A stretch of DNA of 64,000 nt from Felis catus. Lineage: Eukaryota. The notes under the pieces are model-generated. The model was given only the letters and a program-made list of their open reading frames with translations, was not told the DNA's origin and ran no database searches. Each line of letters begins with the position of its first letter. Position 1 is the first letter of the stretch. Made by a program: the position numbers and the translations under genes. Below, one piece after another: positions 1 to 12,109 of the stretch. The stretch lies in the NCBI RefSeq assembly GCF_018350175.1, contig NC_058369.1:6946001-7010000 (forward strand), given 5' to 3'.

Positions 1-3000
1 CCATTAAAATGGGCCATCTGGAAGAAATGGACAAATTCCTAGAAACATATAAACTACCAAAACTGAAATAGGAAGAAATAGAAAATTTGAACAGACCCAT
101 AACCAGTAACGAAATCTAATTAGTAATCAAAAATCTCTCCCTAAAACAGAGTCCAGGACCAGATGGCTTTCCAGGGGAATTCTACCAAACGTTTAAGGAA
201 GAGTTCACACCTATTCTCTTGAAGCTGTTCCAAAAAATAGAAATGGAAGGAAAACTTCCAACTCTTTCTATGAAGCCAGCATTACCTTGATTCCAAAACC
301 AAAGACCCCACTAAAAGGAGAACTATAGAGCAATTTCACTGATGAACATGGACACAAAACTCCTCAACAAGATATTAGCCAACCAGATTCAACAATACAT
401 TAAAAAAAAAATTATTCACCACGACCAAGTGGGATTTATACCCTGGGATGCAGGGCTGGTTCAATATCCACAAAGCAATCAATGTGATTCATCAAATCAA
501 TAAAAGAAAGGACAAGAACCACATGATCCTCTCAATAGATGCAGAGAAAGAACTTGACAAAATATAGCATCTTTTCTTGATCAAAAACCCTTAAGAAAGT
601 AGGGATAGAAGGATCATACCTCAAGATTATAAAACCATAAATGAAAGACCCAACGCTAATACCATCCTCAATGGGGAAAAACTGAGAGCTTCCCCCCTAA
701 GGTCAGGAACAAGACAGGGATGTCCCTCTCACCACTGTTATTCAACATTATATTGGAAGTCTTAGCCTCAGTAATCAGACAACACAAGGAAATAAAAGGC
801 ATCCAAATCAGCCAGGAGGAGGTCAAACTTTCACTTTTCGCAGATGACGTGATACTCTATATGGAAAACCCAAAAGATTCCACCAAAAATCTGCTAGAAC
901 TGATCCATGAATTCAGCAAAGTTGCAGGATATAAAATCAATGCACAGAAATCAGTTGCATTCCTATACACCAACAATGAAGCAACAGAAAGAGAAATCCA
1001 GGAATCGATCCCATTTGCCATTGCACCAAAAACCATAAAATACGTAGGAATAAGTCTAACCAAAGAGGTGAAAAATCTATACACTTAAACTATAGAAAGC
1101 TTATGACAAATTGAAGAAGACACAAAAAAAGGAAAAATATTCCATGCTCCTGGATAGGAATAACAAATATTGTTAAAACGTTGATACTACCGAAAGCAAT
1201 CTACATATTCAATGCAATACGTATCAAAATTACACCAGCATTCTTCACAGAGCTAGAACAAACAATCCTAAAATTTGTATGGAACCACAAATGACCCCGA
1301 ATAGCCAAAGCAATCTTGAAAAAGAAAACCAAAGCAGGAGGCAACACAATCCCAGACTTCAAGCTATACTACAAAGCTGTATTCATCAAGACAGTATGGT
1401 ACTGGCACAAGAACAGACACTCAGATCAATGGAACAGAATAGAGAACCCTGAAATGGACCCACAAATGTATGGCCAACTAATCTTTGACAAAGCAGGAAA
1501 GAATACCCAATGGAAAAAAGACAGTATCTTCAGCAAGTGGTGCTGGGAAAACTGGACAGCGACATGCAGAAAAATGAACTTGGACCACTTTCTTGCACCA
1601 TACACAAAAATAAACTCAAAATGGATGAAAGACCTAAACATAAGACAGGAAGCCATCAAAATTCTCGAGGAGAAAGCCGGTAAAAACCTCTTTGACCTTG
1701 GCCACAGCAATCTTACTTAACACATCTCCAGAGGCAAGAGAAACAAAAATAAAAATGAACTATGAGGACCTCATCAAAATAAAAAGCTTCTGCACAGTGA
1801 AGGAAATCATGAACAAAACTAAAAGGCAACCAATGGAACGGAAGAAGATATTTGCAAATGACATATCGGATAAAGGGTTAGTATCCAAAATCTATAAAGA
1901 ACTTACCAACACAACACCCCAAAAAACAAATGACCCAGTGAAGAAATGGGCAAAGGACATGAACAAACACTTTTGAAAGAAGACATCCAGATGGCTAACA
2001 GACACATGAAAAGATGTTCAACGTCACTCATCATCAGGGAAATACAAATCAAAACCACAAATGAGATACCACCTCATACCTGTCAGAATGGCTTACATTA
2101 ACAACTCAGGCAACAACAGAGGTTGGCGAGGATGCGGAGAAAGAGGGTATTTTTTGCACTACTGGTGGGAATGCAAACTGGTGCAGCCACTCTGGAAAAC
2201 TGTATGGAGGTTCCTCAAAAAATTAAAACTAGAACTACCCTTTGATCTAGCTATTGCACTACTAGCTATTTATCCAAGGGATACAGATATGCTGTTTTGA
2301 AGGGGCACATGCACCCCCATGTTTATAGCAGTGCTATCAACAATAGCCAAAGTATGGAAAGAGCCCAAATGTCCATCCATGGATGAATGGATAAAGAAGA
2401 TGTACAAAAAAGATGTACAATGGAGTATTACTCAACCATCAAAAAGAATGAAATCTTGACATTTGTAACTACGTAGATGGAACTAGATGAACATGGACGC
2501 AAAACTCCTCAACAAGATATTAGCCAACCAGATTCAACAATACATTAAAAAAAAAATTATTCACCACGACCAAGTGGGATTTATACCCTGGGATGCAGGG
2601 TATCCTGGGATGCAGGATTTATACCCTGGGATGCAGGGTATCACTTATGCTAAGTGAAATTAGTCAGAGGAAGACAAAAGTCATATGACTTCACTCATAT
2701 GAGGACTTTAAAAGACAAAACAGGGGCGCCTGGGTGGCTCAGTAGGTTGGGCGTCCGACTTTGGCTCAGGTCATGATCTCGCGGTCCGTGAGTTCGAGCC
2801 CCGCGTCGGGCTCTGGGCTGACCACTCAGAGCCTGAAACCTATTTCGGATTCTGTGTCTCCCTCTCTCTCTGACCCTCCCCTGCTCATCCTCTGTCTCTC
2901 TCTGTCTCAAAAATAAATAAATATTAAAAAAAATTTTTTAATAAAAAAATAAAAGACAAAACAGATGCACATAAGGAAAGGGAAGCAAAAATAATTTAAA

Positions 3001-3225
3001 AACAGGGAGAGGGCCAAAACATAAGAGACTCTTAAATATAGAGAACAAACAGAGGGTTGCTGGAGGGTTGTGGGAGGGGTGATTGGCTAAATGGGTAAGG
3101 GGCATTAAGGAATCTACTCCTGAAATCATTGTTGTACTATATGCTAACTAACTTGGATGTAAATTTAAAAAATAAATTAAATTAAAAAATTTTAAAAATA
3201 AATAGCAAAAAATAAAGATAAAATA
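1..3225 (+). mobile_element. LINE-1 (carnivore/felid L1), 3' part of ORF2 plus 3'UTR and A-rich tail; inactivated by frameshifts and stops; runs off the left edge
   Basis: ORF fragments give L1 ORF2 RT motifs ([29 protein letters not shown]) and C-terminal motifs ([25 protein letters not shown]); A-rich tail about 3165-3225. Confidence 0.97.
2723..2949 (+). mobile_element. Can-SINE (SINEC_Fc type) nested in the L1 3' region
   Basis: ggggcgcctgggtggctcag head, (CT)n, A tail; TSD taaaagacaaaacag at 2709-2723 and 2950-2964. Confidence 0.95.
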
Positions 3226-4559
3226 TACATACGTGATCTTTTCTGCTTAACACTCTTTGAACACATGAGTAAAAAGAAAGGGCATAATTAATTCCTAAAA
3301 TTTTTCAATTGTCCATGGAAGTCATTATAGTGAGGCTCTGTGCTTAGATTATAGATAGATCCATTTCCCCTTTTATTTACTTCCTTAATGCATATCCCAT
3401 CAGTGTCTTTCTCTCCCATAATTTTTCCTTTCTTACTGCAGTTTCTGGAAATGGAAATTAACCCTGTTTATCCAGTAGCAAAGATCCCTCCTATTTTTGC
3501 CTTAATCCAGGTCTTTCATTTATATCATAGATAATATAAAAATGTTATCTTTAAAGTTCTCATCACAGGAAAAAAAATGTGTAACCATGTGTGAGGATGG
3601 ATGTTATTGGAACTTATTTTGGTAATCATTTTTGCAATACTTACATATGTCAAGCCATTATGTTGTACTCCTGGAACTATTACAATGTTATATCTCAGTT
3701 ATATCTCAATTAAAATAAAGAAAAATTTAAGAGTAAGCCATAGATCAGACACCCCCCCCCCCCTTCCTATTATTCCTTGTTTGGTCACCTTAGTGCCTGC
3801 TCCAGGGGAGGAGTCCCATGTGGGCCAACACAGGAGCAGCTCCAAGCCTCTCCTGTCTCATCTGCCTTATCCAGATTCCTGAGAAATTGAATCCTGATGC
3901 CCACAAAAGAGGCAATAAAGGATTGTCATGGGCTGACAGTGTCTAAGCATCTGCCTACCATTCTTATGAAGTAATGAGCTGAAAGAATTTCTGTAACCGT
4001 ACCTCAAATATACTGTAGAATCACAAGATGTGTACAGTTGAATGGTACAGTGAGTCCATGTAAACTGAGCCCTTTGTTTAACAAATTGAGGTCCTGAGCA
4101 AAGACAAAGACAAGGGATCATAAAACAACCATCAACCATGTTAGGAATAAGACTTGAACCCAGACACTCCTTGGCTTAATCATGAATCCCCCAATTGTAA
4201 CATGGATCTGTGACATGGGAAAGCCCCTGGACCTCTCTGAGCAGATTCAATTTTCTCATGTTTATAATGGCAACTGCTTAAAAAAAATACATAAAGGTTA
4301 TTCATTGTGCGGATGAAAAATGAATAGATGAAAAGCACCGAGCAGTATGGGGCCTTGCAACGGCTTTTCCTATCACTTTTGGTTTTAGCTATGGACAAGT
4401 TCCGATGTCTAGAAGGGAAGCTGAGAGTAAGCGAGAGAGACAAGGAAGGACACCTCGAGAATATAATCTCAAGGCTGGTAGTAGGATTTGCTCAAATCCC
4501 CACTGGGAGCCTTCAGTATAATGAAATAGAGGAAAGAAATCATCTACATAAACAACTTT

Positions 4560-4787
4560 TTAAAAAATTTTTAATGTTTATTTACTTTTGAGAGAGAGAG
4601 AGTGCAAGTGGGGGAGGGGCAGAGAGAGGGAGACATAGAATCGGAAGCAGGCTCCAGGTTCTGAACTGTCAGCATAGAGCCTGACACGGGGCTCAAACCC
4701 GTGAACCATGAGATCATGACCTGAGCTGAAGTCGGACACTTAACTCACTGAGCCACCCAGGCACCCCATAAATAAACATCTTTATAG
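4560..4787 (-). mobile_element. Can-SINE
   Basis: Reverse-complement SINE ending ccacccaggcacccc. Confidence 0.9.
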
Positions 4788-5043
4788 GAATACATACATA
4801 AGTTATGGCAAAGTCATGGTACACCTTGTTAATTTAATATTATTTTATAGTATATCATCCTTAATTTTTTAAATGTTCATTATTTTAAATATGCAAAATC
4901 AAAATATTTACATTAGTGCTAGCTGTATAAAATTAAATAAAAATTTATTAAAGGAGGGCACCTGGGTGGCTCAGTCGGTTGAGTGTCCAACTCTCGATTT
5001 CAACTCAGGTCACGATCCCAGGGTCATGGTGACAGCCTGCTTG

Positions 5044-5079
<36 letters not shown>

Positions 5080-5142
5080 CCTCTGCAGCTTGCACAGACA
5101 TACACGCTTGTTCTCTCAAAATAAGTATTTTAAAAAATAAAA

Positions 5143-5440
5143 TATATGATTTCACTCATGTGGAATTTAAGAAACACAACACAGATGAACATAGGAGAAG
5201 GGAAGAAAAATAAAGAGGGAGGCAAACCCTAAAAGACTCTCATATATAGAGAACAAACTTGAGGGCTGCTGAAGGGGTGGGGGGGGGGGGAAATGTGTGA
5301 AATGGGCAATGGGCATTAAGGAGGGCACTTTTGGGGATGAGCACTGGGTGTTATATGTAGGGGATGAATCCGTGGATTCTACTCCTAAAACCAAGACTAC
5401 ACTGTATGTTAGCTAACTTAAATTTAAATCTTTAAAAATG
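5143..5440 (+). mobile_element. L1 3'-end fragment (carnivore L1)
   Basis: tatgatttcactcatgtggaatttaag...gggcattaaggagggcact...gatgagcactgggtgttatatg L1 3'UTR motifs. Confidence 0.85.
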
Positions 5441-6706
5441 GTTTTAAATCATTAAAGGAGAATAGTCTATATGATAGCTATAGCAGGATGAAATTTATAT
5501 AAATATAAATAAACCAGTTTTTCATGTTTTATGTTCTATTTAAGTATCCAAATAAGGACAAAGTGACAATGAAGGGCTCAAGCCCACCAGCCAGCATGAT
5601 CAAATTCAAAATTGTGCCACATCTGCTGTAGTTTTCTTTTTGCTTTAAGTTTTAAAGTTCATTTGAGAGGGAGAGAGAGCACGTGCATGAGCAGGGGAGG
5701 GGCAGAGAGAGAAGAGAGAATCCCAAGCAGGCTCCACACTGTTAGCAGGGATCCCACGAACCATGAGATCATGACCTGATCAGAAATCAAGAGTCAGATG
5801 CTTAATTGAGCCGCAAAGGCACCCCCAGTGTTCTTTATTAATAAAACAATGCAGATCTCCGTGAAGCCCCCGCATATTCCTACACAATCTCAATACTGAC
5901 CTCCCTTCCCCACAGTTAAACAGGATCCTGAAGTCTTGCCTGTATCATTCCCCTGGAATATCTCATATGAGTAATGATGTATCCACAAGCATCGTATGCT
6001 TATGTTACTCTATGTATTACATGCTCCTATCTGTTAGACATAGTATCAACTATTCAATTTAGCAACTATTTTGGCTTAATCATGGTCTTTTCTATATTTA
6101 TCAAAACTGACACAAGCAGATCCGGTTTATCAAATTTAACATACATTCTCACATCAATGGGCATTTGGGTTTATTACAATTTTTTCCTATAGTAGAGATC
6201 TATGAGGCACGTTCACACGTACTGATAGTGTTAAACTACGCATAGCAAATATCCACCAAATTCCCTAGTGGTAACCTCTGGGACAGGAAGAGGGAAATAA
6301 ATAATAGAGAGGATTTGTCCATAATGATACAGTTATCCCTGTCTGAGGGCGAAGAAAGGTCTTTCTGTGTGGGTCTTGGATCTAAAACTCAGTTTAAAAT
6401 ATAATAATAGGACCTCATGTGTATGTATAATACTTTACTACTATATGGTAATATAATAGTATATTATATTGCCAGTCGTTGTATTTAATGCTCACTGTGC
6501 TGTTCTGAAGATTTAAAATATTCCATATTTTTTGCAGGGATTTTCAAAGACTGGAAAGGTAGACTAATGTGTCTCAACCTCCTCTCGCAAGGTCCTCACA
6601 GTTAAGAGGTAGGGACAAGACTTGAGTTCTCCTCTAAGGATAAAATCTGAAACCAGATATGGGAAAATTGAGAAGCCAAACTCACCCATCCCAGTCTTAC
6701 AGCCAA

Positions 6707-6710
6707 AAAA

Positions 6711-6789
<79 letters not shown>

Positions 6790-6795
6790 GAAAAA
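6707..6795. repeat. (GAAA)n microsatellite
   Basis: Directly visible tetranucleotide array. Confidence 0.95.
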
Positions 6796-7053
6796 ATGAT
6801 GGAAACCAGAGAATTGTAGAGTCATCTGTCCAATTTTTGAAGGGGCGAATTCATGCTCAGGTGGTAAAAGACAGAGTCCCTGGAATTTAAAAGGCAAAGT
6901 AGGAGCCAGAAATGCAAGCTAATTGCAAATTCAATGTAACCTAATCTTACTTAATCCTTAATCCTTCTCTGACTTCCCGGATGTCCTCCAGATGGACTGA
7001 TTTTAAATAACTGTTCAATTTCGCACAGAATTTATTAGAACACATCAGATTAC

Positions 7054-7300
7054 CTTGAAGTCATCAATGGGTAATTCACCCTTCCTCTAGATACTGAAGG
7101 ATAGAGATGGGAAATCTGTCCCCAGGAAGGGCAGGTGGGCCAAGTCAATTGGGCTCCTGGGCACGAGGGAGCATCTCAGAAGGAGACCCAGGTGTGCTGT
7201 TTCCTGACCTGAGCAGGTCTTTGAGGCCAATGGTCACAGGTAGACTCTACAGTTTCTGTGGCCCTGGGGGCTCAATTTCCAAAGCTCCTCATTAGCCAAA
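7054..7300 (-). promoter_or_regulatory. Putative olfactory-receptor promoter and first non-coding exon for an OR gene lying left of the window
   Basis: Minus strand reads CTAATGAG (7295-7288, homeodomain site), then CCCCCAGGGC (7270-7261, O/E-like), then a donor AAG|GTAATC at 7054/7053; homologous to 26889-27150. Confidence 0.5.
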
Positions 7301-7369
7301 TGTGTACTGTCATTTCTTCCGCAAGACAATTCAAATCCCTATGGAGCACAGCTCATAGAAAGAAATCCT

Positions 7370-7578
7370 GGGGGCACCTGGGTGGCTCAGTTAAGAGTCT
7401 GACTTCAGCTCAGGTCATGATCTCATGGCTTGTGAGTTCAAGCTCCACGTTGGGCTATGTGCTGACAGTTCAGAGCCTGGAGCCTGTTTCAGGTTCTGTG
7501 TCTCCCTCTCTCTCTGCCCCTCACCCACTCACACTCTGTCTCTCAAAAATAAACATTAAAAAATTTTTTTAAAAAATA
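7370..7578 (+). mobile_element. Can-SINE
   Basis: SINE head and tail; degenerate TSD aagaa(a/c)tcctggg. Confidence 0.9.
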
Positions 7579-8257
7579 AAGAACTCCTGGGTGACTGATT
7601 TCCTGACCCTGAGAGGGCAGACATACATCATTCTTTTCCCACGTTTCCTCTCACCTCCAGGCAGGAAACTTAATTCTTGGATTTCTTGGGTCTGACCTTA
7701 AGAGAGCTGATGAGTTTTTCATTAAACCAATTCCCGGCTTTCTCCAAGTCAGATATTATCACTGGAAGAATCAGAGTGGTGTGTAAGTCGCCACAAGGAC
7801 AGAGACTGGGGATACAGAGCATATCTCACCGGATCATCTCGTCATTCTAAGAATTTTGTTTTTAACTGAAGTTCCTTTGTGAATGAGGTTAGTTCTATTA
7901 TAGTAAAGAGTTCAGAGAAACCAATTTTCTAGTTACTTGAGAAGGACTTTTGGAGGTTGCCTAAAAAACAGACATCAAAACCAACAATCATAGGGCACCT
8001 GGGTGGCTCAGTTGGTTGGGCACGTGACTCTTGATTTCAGCTTAGATCATGATCCCACGGTAGTGGAATCTATTCCTACATCGGGCTCTGCTGCTGAGCG
8101 TGGACAGTGCTCAAGATTCTCTTTCTCTGCCCCTCTCCCCTGCTTGAGCTCACTCTCTAAAACAAAACAAACCACCCCCCCCAAAAAAAAACTAAAAATT
8201 AATTGCATTAACATTAGGAAAAAGGAATATACAGGAACTCTGTACAGTCTTTTCAAC

Positions 8258-8464
8258 TTTTTTTTTTTAATTTATTTTTGGGACAGAGAGAGACAGAGCA
8301 TGAACAGGGGAGGGGCAGAGAGAGAGGGAGACACAGAATCGGAAACAGGCTCCAGGCTCCGAGCCATCAGCCCAGAGCCTGACCCGGGGCTCGAACTCAC
8401 GGACCGCGAGATCGTGACCTGGCTGAAGTCGGACGCTTAACCGACTGCGCCACCCAGGCGCCCC
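8258..8464 (-). mobile_element. Young felid SINE
   Basis: CpG-rich SINE; TSD tcttttcaactttt at 8248 and 8465. Confidence 0.95.
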
Positions 8465-9069
8465 TCTTTTCAACTTTTCTAGGAAGTGCAAAACTAGTTC
8501 AAAATTTTTAAAAAGTTAAAAATCAAAACCGGTCCTATCTATGGCATACACATCAAAATAACCAAAATGAAAAAGACAATATAAAATACTAGCAAGGTTA
8601 CAGACATATATATTGTCACAACTACTTTGTAAAACTGTCTGGTAGTATTGAATAAATGTGATTGTGTGTATTCCCTATGACCCACAAACTGCACTCCTAA
8701 AATATTAGCCCAACAAAAACAGGTACAACTGTGAACTAAAACATGTGCAAGAATGTTCATAGCAGGTAAAATATCCCATCTATAAACAACCCAAACATCC
8801 AGAACAGTTGAATGAATAAATTGTGTGTATTCGTACAATGGAAAAGCTATGTATTGATGAGAATAAAATTCTGCTAAATGAAGAATATAGATGCATCTCA
8901 TAAAGACAACATTGAGCAGAAGCCAGGCACAAATGATAACGTATCAGGTACAAATAGTGCAAATAACTCCATAAACATACTAAAAACCACTGAATTTTAT
9001 ACTTCAAATGGGTGAAATTTACAACATGTAAAGTATATCTCAATGAAGCTCTTAAAATGCATGATTCCA

Positions 9070-9300
9070 GGGGCACCTGGGCGGCTCAGTTGGTTAAGCG
9101 TCCAACTTCAGCTCAGGTCATGATCTCGTGGTTCATGAGTTGGAGCCCCATGTCGGGCTCTGTGCTGACAGCTCAGAGCCTGGAGCCTGCTTCGGATTCT
9201 GTGTCTCCCTCTCTCTCTGCCCCTCCCCTGCTCAAGCCCTGTCTCGCTCTGTCTCTCAAAAATAAATGTGAAAAAAATTTTTTTAATAAAATTAAATCTT
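9070..9300 (+). mobile_element. Can-SINE
   Basis: TSD aaaatgcatgattcca at 9054 and 9307. Confidence 0.93.
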
Positions 9301-9867
9301 TCTTAAAAAATGCATGATTCCATAGAGTACATATATTCTGGTGGCAGGAATTAGAGTGATTAGTGAGTGGAAGGAAGCAGTGAAGGAGGATTCTAGTGCT
9401 GATAATGTTCTAATTCTTGCCCAGTGTGTGTAGTAGTTAATAGAGATGTACTCTACCTTGTCAGATATTCATTGGGTTGTAAATTTTTTAACACTTGTCT
9501 TAAGTAGAAACAGTGTGCTGTGAAAAGTATAGAATTTCAAAGATTCAACCATTCACAATTTTGGTGGGAGGATTCATTTCAGACCTTGTGTCAGGAAATG
9601 GTAGGTTAAGAGACATGATCTGGATGAACTACAAATGCAACTTAAAGTCTTTATCAAATAGATAAAGATAATAATAGATAAACACACCTATATCCCTATT
9701 ATTAACCCTATAATAATTCAACTTTTAAATTATATATATAAAAAGTTTTTTAAACCTGATGTGGGTTATATTGGTTAGTGACAACAGTCATTTGTAAATA
9801 AAACAACCTTCCTCCCAAGACACACATTAACAGACACTGTAAACATGGTGGCTCAAAACATTAGGCA

Positions 9868-9873
9868 TTTATT
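9868..9873 (-). terminator. Candidate poly(A) signal of the minus-strand ZNF gene, within an MLT1-like LTR remnant
   Basis: AATAAA on the minus strand about 230 nt after the stop codon, followed by GT-rich gtgtctgttaatgtgtgtc. Confidence 0.45.
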
Positions 9874-10100
9874 TTTCTCAAGTAACAAGCCTTGGAGATA
9901 CTAAAATTTTTTCCTTTCAGTTGTCAAGCGGTCACCTATCTATGGGATGAATAAAGGATTGATCACAATCATTACATAACTTAGATTTCTCCCACAGATT
10001 ATTCAGAGGCTTTGTCCCATTCTTTACATCCAGTTTTTCTCTGCATTTGCTTGTATGCCGTAAAGATCGAGAGTTCAAGAACTATTCCAAAGGGACATTG

Positions 10101-11555
10101 CTAGGAGTTTTGTCCAGCATGAGTGCTCTCATGATGCCTCCGAAGAGATATGAGCTTACTGAAAGCACGACCACAGACATTGCACTGATAGGGTTTTTCG
10201 CCAGTATGCACTCTCTTGTGCACGGTAAGATTACCCCTTACATTGAAGGTTTTCCCACACTGATCACACTTGTAGGGTTTCTCCCCAGTGTGGGTTCTCA
10301 TGTGTATTGTAAGGGATGCATTCCTCCTAAAAGCTTTTCCACACTCACTACAGTTGAAGGGTTTCTTCTCCCTGGTGTGCTTTTTCATATGCCTCCTATG
10401 AGATAAGACACCACTGAAGGCTTTCCCACATTCCTTACACTCATATTGTTTCATCCTCATGTGAATTTTCTTGTGCAAAATGAGGAAATAATTCACTCTG
10501 AAGGTTTTCCCACACTGATGGCATGCAAAGGGTTTCTCTCCAGTGTGAATTCTCATGTGTTCTTTCAGGCACGAGTGGTCCCTGAAGGATTTCCCACAGT
10601 CCTTGCATATACACGGTTTCTCTCCAGCATGCATCTTCTTGTGCACTATGAGATTACAGCTCATTCTAAAAGTTTTCCCACACTGACCACACTTGTAAGG
10701 TCTCTCTCCAGTATGTATCCTCAGGTGTGTCTTCAGGTATGACTCACTACTTAGTGCTTTTCCACAGAGGTTACACTCAACGGATTTCTCTCCAGTATGG
10801 ATTCTCTTATGTCTTTTAAGGTACGGGAGAATACTGAAGGTTTTCCCACAATCATTGCAGGCATAGGGCTTCTCTCCAGTATGTAATATCTTGTGTGTGT
10901 TAAGCCTAGACCTTCTACTGAATGTTTTGTTGCACTGATCACACTTGTAGGGTTTGTCCTTGGAATGAATCTCTTCATGTTGTCTAAGAAGTGAACTATC
11001 TCTGAAAGTTTTTCTACAGTCACGGCATCCATAGGGCTTCTCCCCAGAGTGAATTCTCTTGTGCCGATTAAGATAAGAGCTTGAACTGTAGGCTTTCCCA
11101 CACTGGTTACATTTAAAAGGTTTTTCTCCACTGTGGGTTCTCATGTGCAATGTAATAGATGAGCGGCTCTGTAATACTTTACTACACTGCCTACCTTGAA
11201 CAGAGTTGTCTCTAATGTGAGTTTTTTCATGCTTCTTAACGTAGAAGGTTGAATTCAAGACTTTGCCAGAGTCACTGAATTCATAGGATTTCTCTCTTGT
11301 ATGTTCTCTCTCATGTGCACCTAAGAAAGAACTCCTGATAAAGGTATTTTTATCTTTTTTACATTCATAGAATTTCTCCCCAGAATGAACACTGTCATGT
11401 GGGTTAAGGTGAGAACAATCTCTGAAGGGTTTCCCAGGGTGAAGGCGTTGATGGGGTTTCTCTCTGGGATGAATTCTCTGATTCTGAGCAATGCTAGATT
11501 TCATGCACAAGGCAATTTTATTCCGTTCAATGGGTCTGCCTCCATGAGTTTGTTC
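10101..11555 (-). CDS. KRAB zinc-finger gene (ZNF317-like paralog), final zinc-finger exon: 12 intact C2H2 fingers after about 5 degenerate ones
   Basis: Acceptor ttttaaccaatag|GAA CAA ACT CAT (EQTHGGRP...) in frame with the 469-aa ORF; repeated CxxC..HxxxH and TGEKP linkers; TAG at 10103-10101. Confidence 0.93.
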   Translation of the reverse strand, partial: EQTHGGRPIERNKIALCMKSSIAQNQRIHPREKPHQRLHPGKPFRDCSHLNPHDSVHSGEKFYECKKDKNTFIRSSFLGAHEREHTREKSYEFSDSGKVLNSTFYVKKHEKTHIRDNSVQGRQCSKVLQSRSSITLHMRTHSGEKPFKCNQCGKAYSSSSYLNRHKRIHSGEKPYGCRDCRKTFRDSSLLRQHEEIHSKDKPYKCDQCNKTFSRRSRLNTHKILHTGEKPYACNDCGKTFSILPYLKRHKRIHTGEKSVECNLCGKALSSESYLKTHLRIHTGERPYKCGQCGKTFRMSCNLIVHKKMHAGEKPCICKDCGKSFRDHSCLKEHMRIHTGEKPFACHQCGKTFRVNYFLILHKKIHMRMKQYECKECGKAFSGVLSHRRHMKKHTREKKPFNCSECGKAFRRNASLTIHMRTHTGEKPYKCDQCGKTFNVRGNLTVHKRVHTGEKPYQCNVCGRAFSKLISLRRHHESTHAGQNS

Positions 11556-12029
11556 CTATTGGTTAAAATGAGTTATGATCACAAGATTTATCACATCAAT
11601 CGTATTGATTTGAGAATCCCCCCCAACATAAATTCTGACATACACTTAGAATAAGAGTTTACTTAGTATTTTCTTAGAGAATATACACAGCTCCTGTCTG
11701 AGTTTATCAGCATGAATAAGAGGAATGTTATACCAGATGGCTCCCAACAGGGTCTCTTTAGTGTTTAACGTATAATTGCTTTGGAGTGAATTAGGTCTTA
11801 AATAGTTAATGTCTAACTTCCATTATGAATGTATTTACTTTGGGGATTCTCTGAAACCATTTTTAGAGCTAGGATGTGAGTTTCCTTCCAACGCATGATT
11901 TATAGAATTTTCCATTTTCTATTGTTAAAATAAGGACCTCAAATTACCCCTTAGTTCATGAGTTCCTTTTCCATTACATGGAACTCTGGACTTCTAATAG
12001 AGAGCAAGAAATTCTCATATGACTCTTAC

Positions 12030-12109
12030 CTTCTTGCCATGTAGTGCTTCTTTCTCCAAAACATCTTGTTTGTGTTGTGATTGTGTGGTTTTAGGGAGAA
12101 CTATCCCAT
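12030..12109 (-). CDS. KRAB zinc-finger gene, spacer exon (80 nt)
   Basis: ttgttcag|AT GGG ATA...AAG AAG|gtaaga; reads (N)GIVLPKTTQSQHKQDVLEKEALHGKK; phases match the flanking exons. Confidence 0.85.

Noticed and set aside
720..2300. Functional reverse transcriptase / active L1
   Set aside because: ORF2 is broken by several frameshifts and stops and carries insertions.
2723..2810. tRNA-like A/B boxes (tggctcagt.gg ... gttcgagccc) as tRNA genes
   Set aside because: These are the tRNA-derived heads of Can-SINEs, followed by (CT)n and poly(A).
6622..6897. Lys/Arg/Glu-rich ORFs (also 35578-35769 and 31390-31819)
   Set aside because: Produced by microsatellites and low-complexity tracts.
8003..8491. 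Many 60-150 aa ORFs with motifs such as AQVMIS, SLEPAS or ETEHE
   Set aside because: Translations of Can-SINE sequence that recur throughout the window.
10047..11131. Antisense and alternate-frame ORFs over the zinc-finger exons (also 58031-59640) and over the OR
   Set aside because: Typical shadow ORFs of repetitive C2H2 or biased coding sequence, with no independent support.
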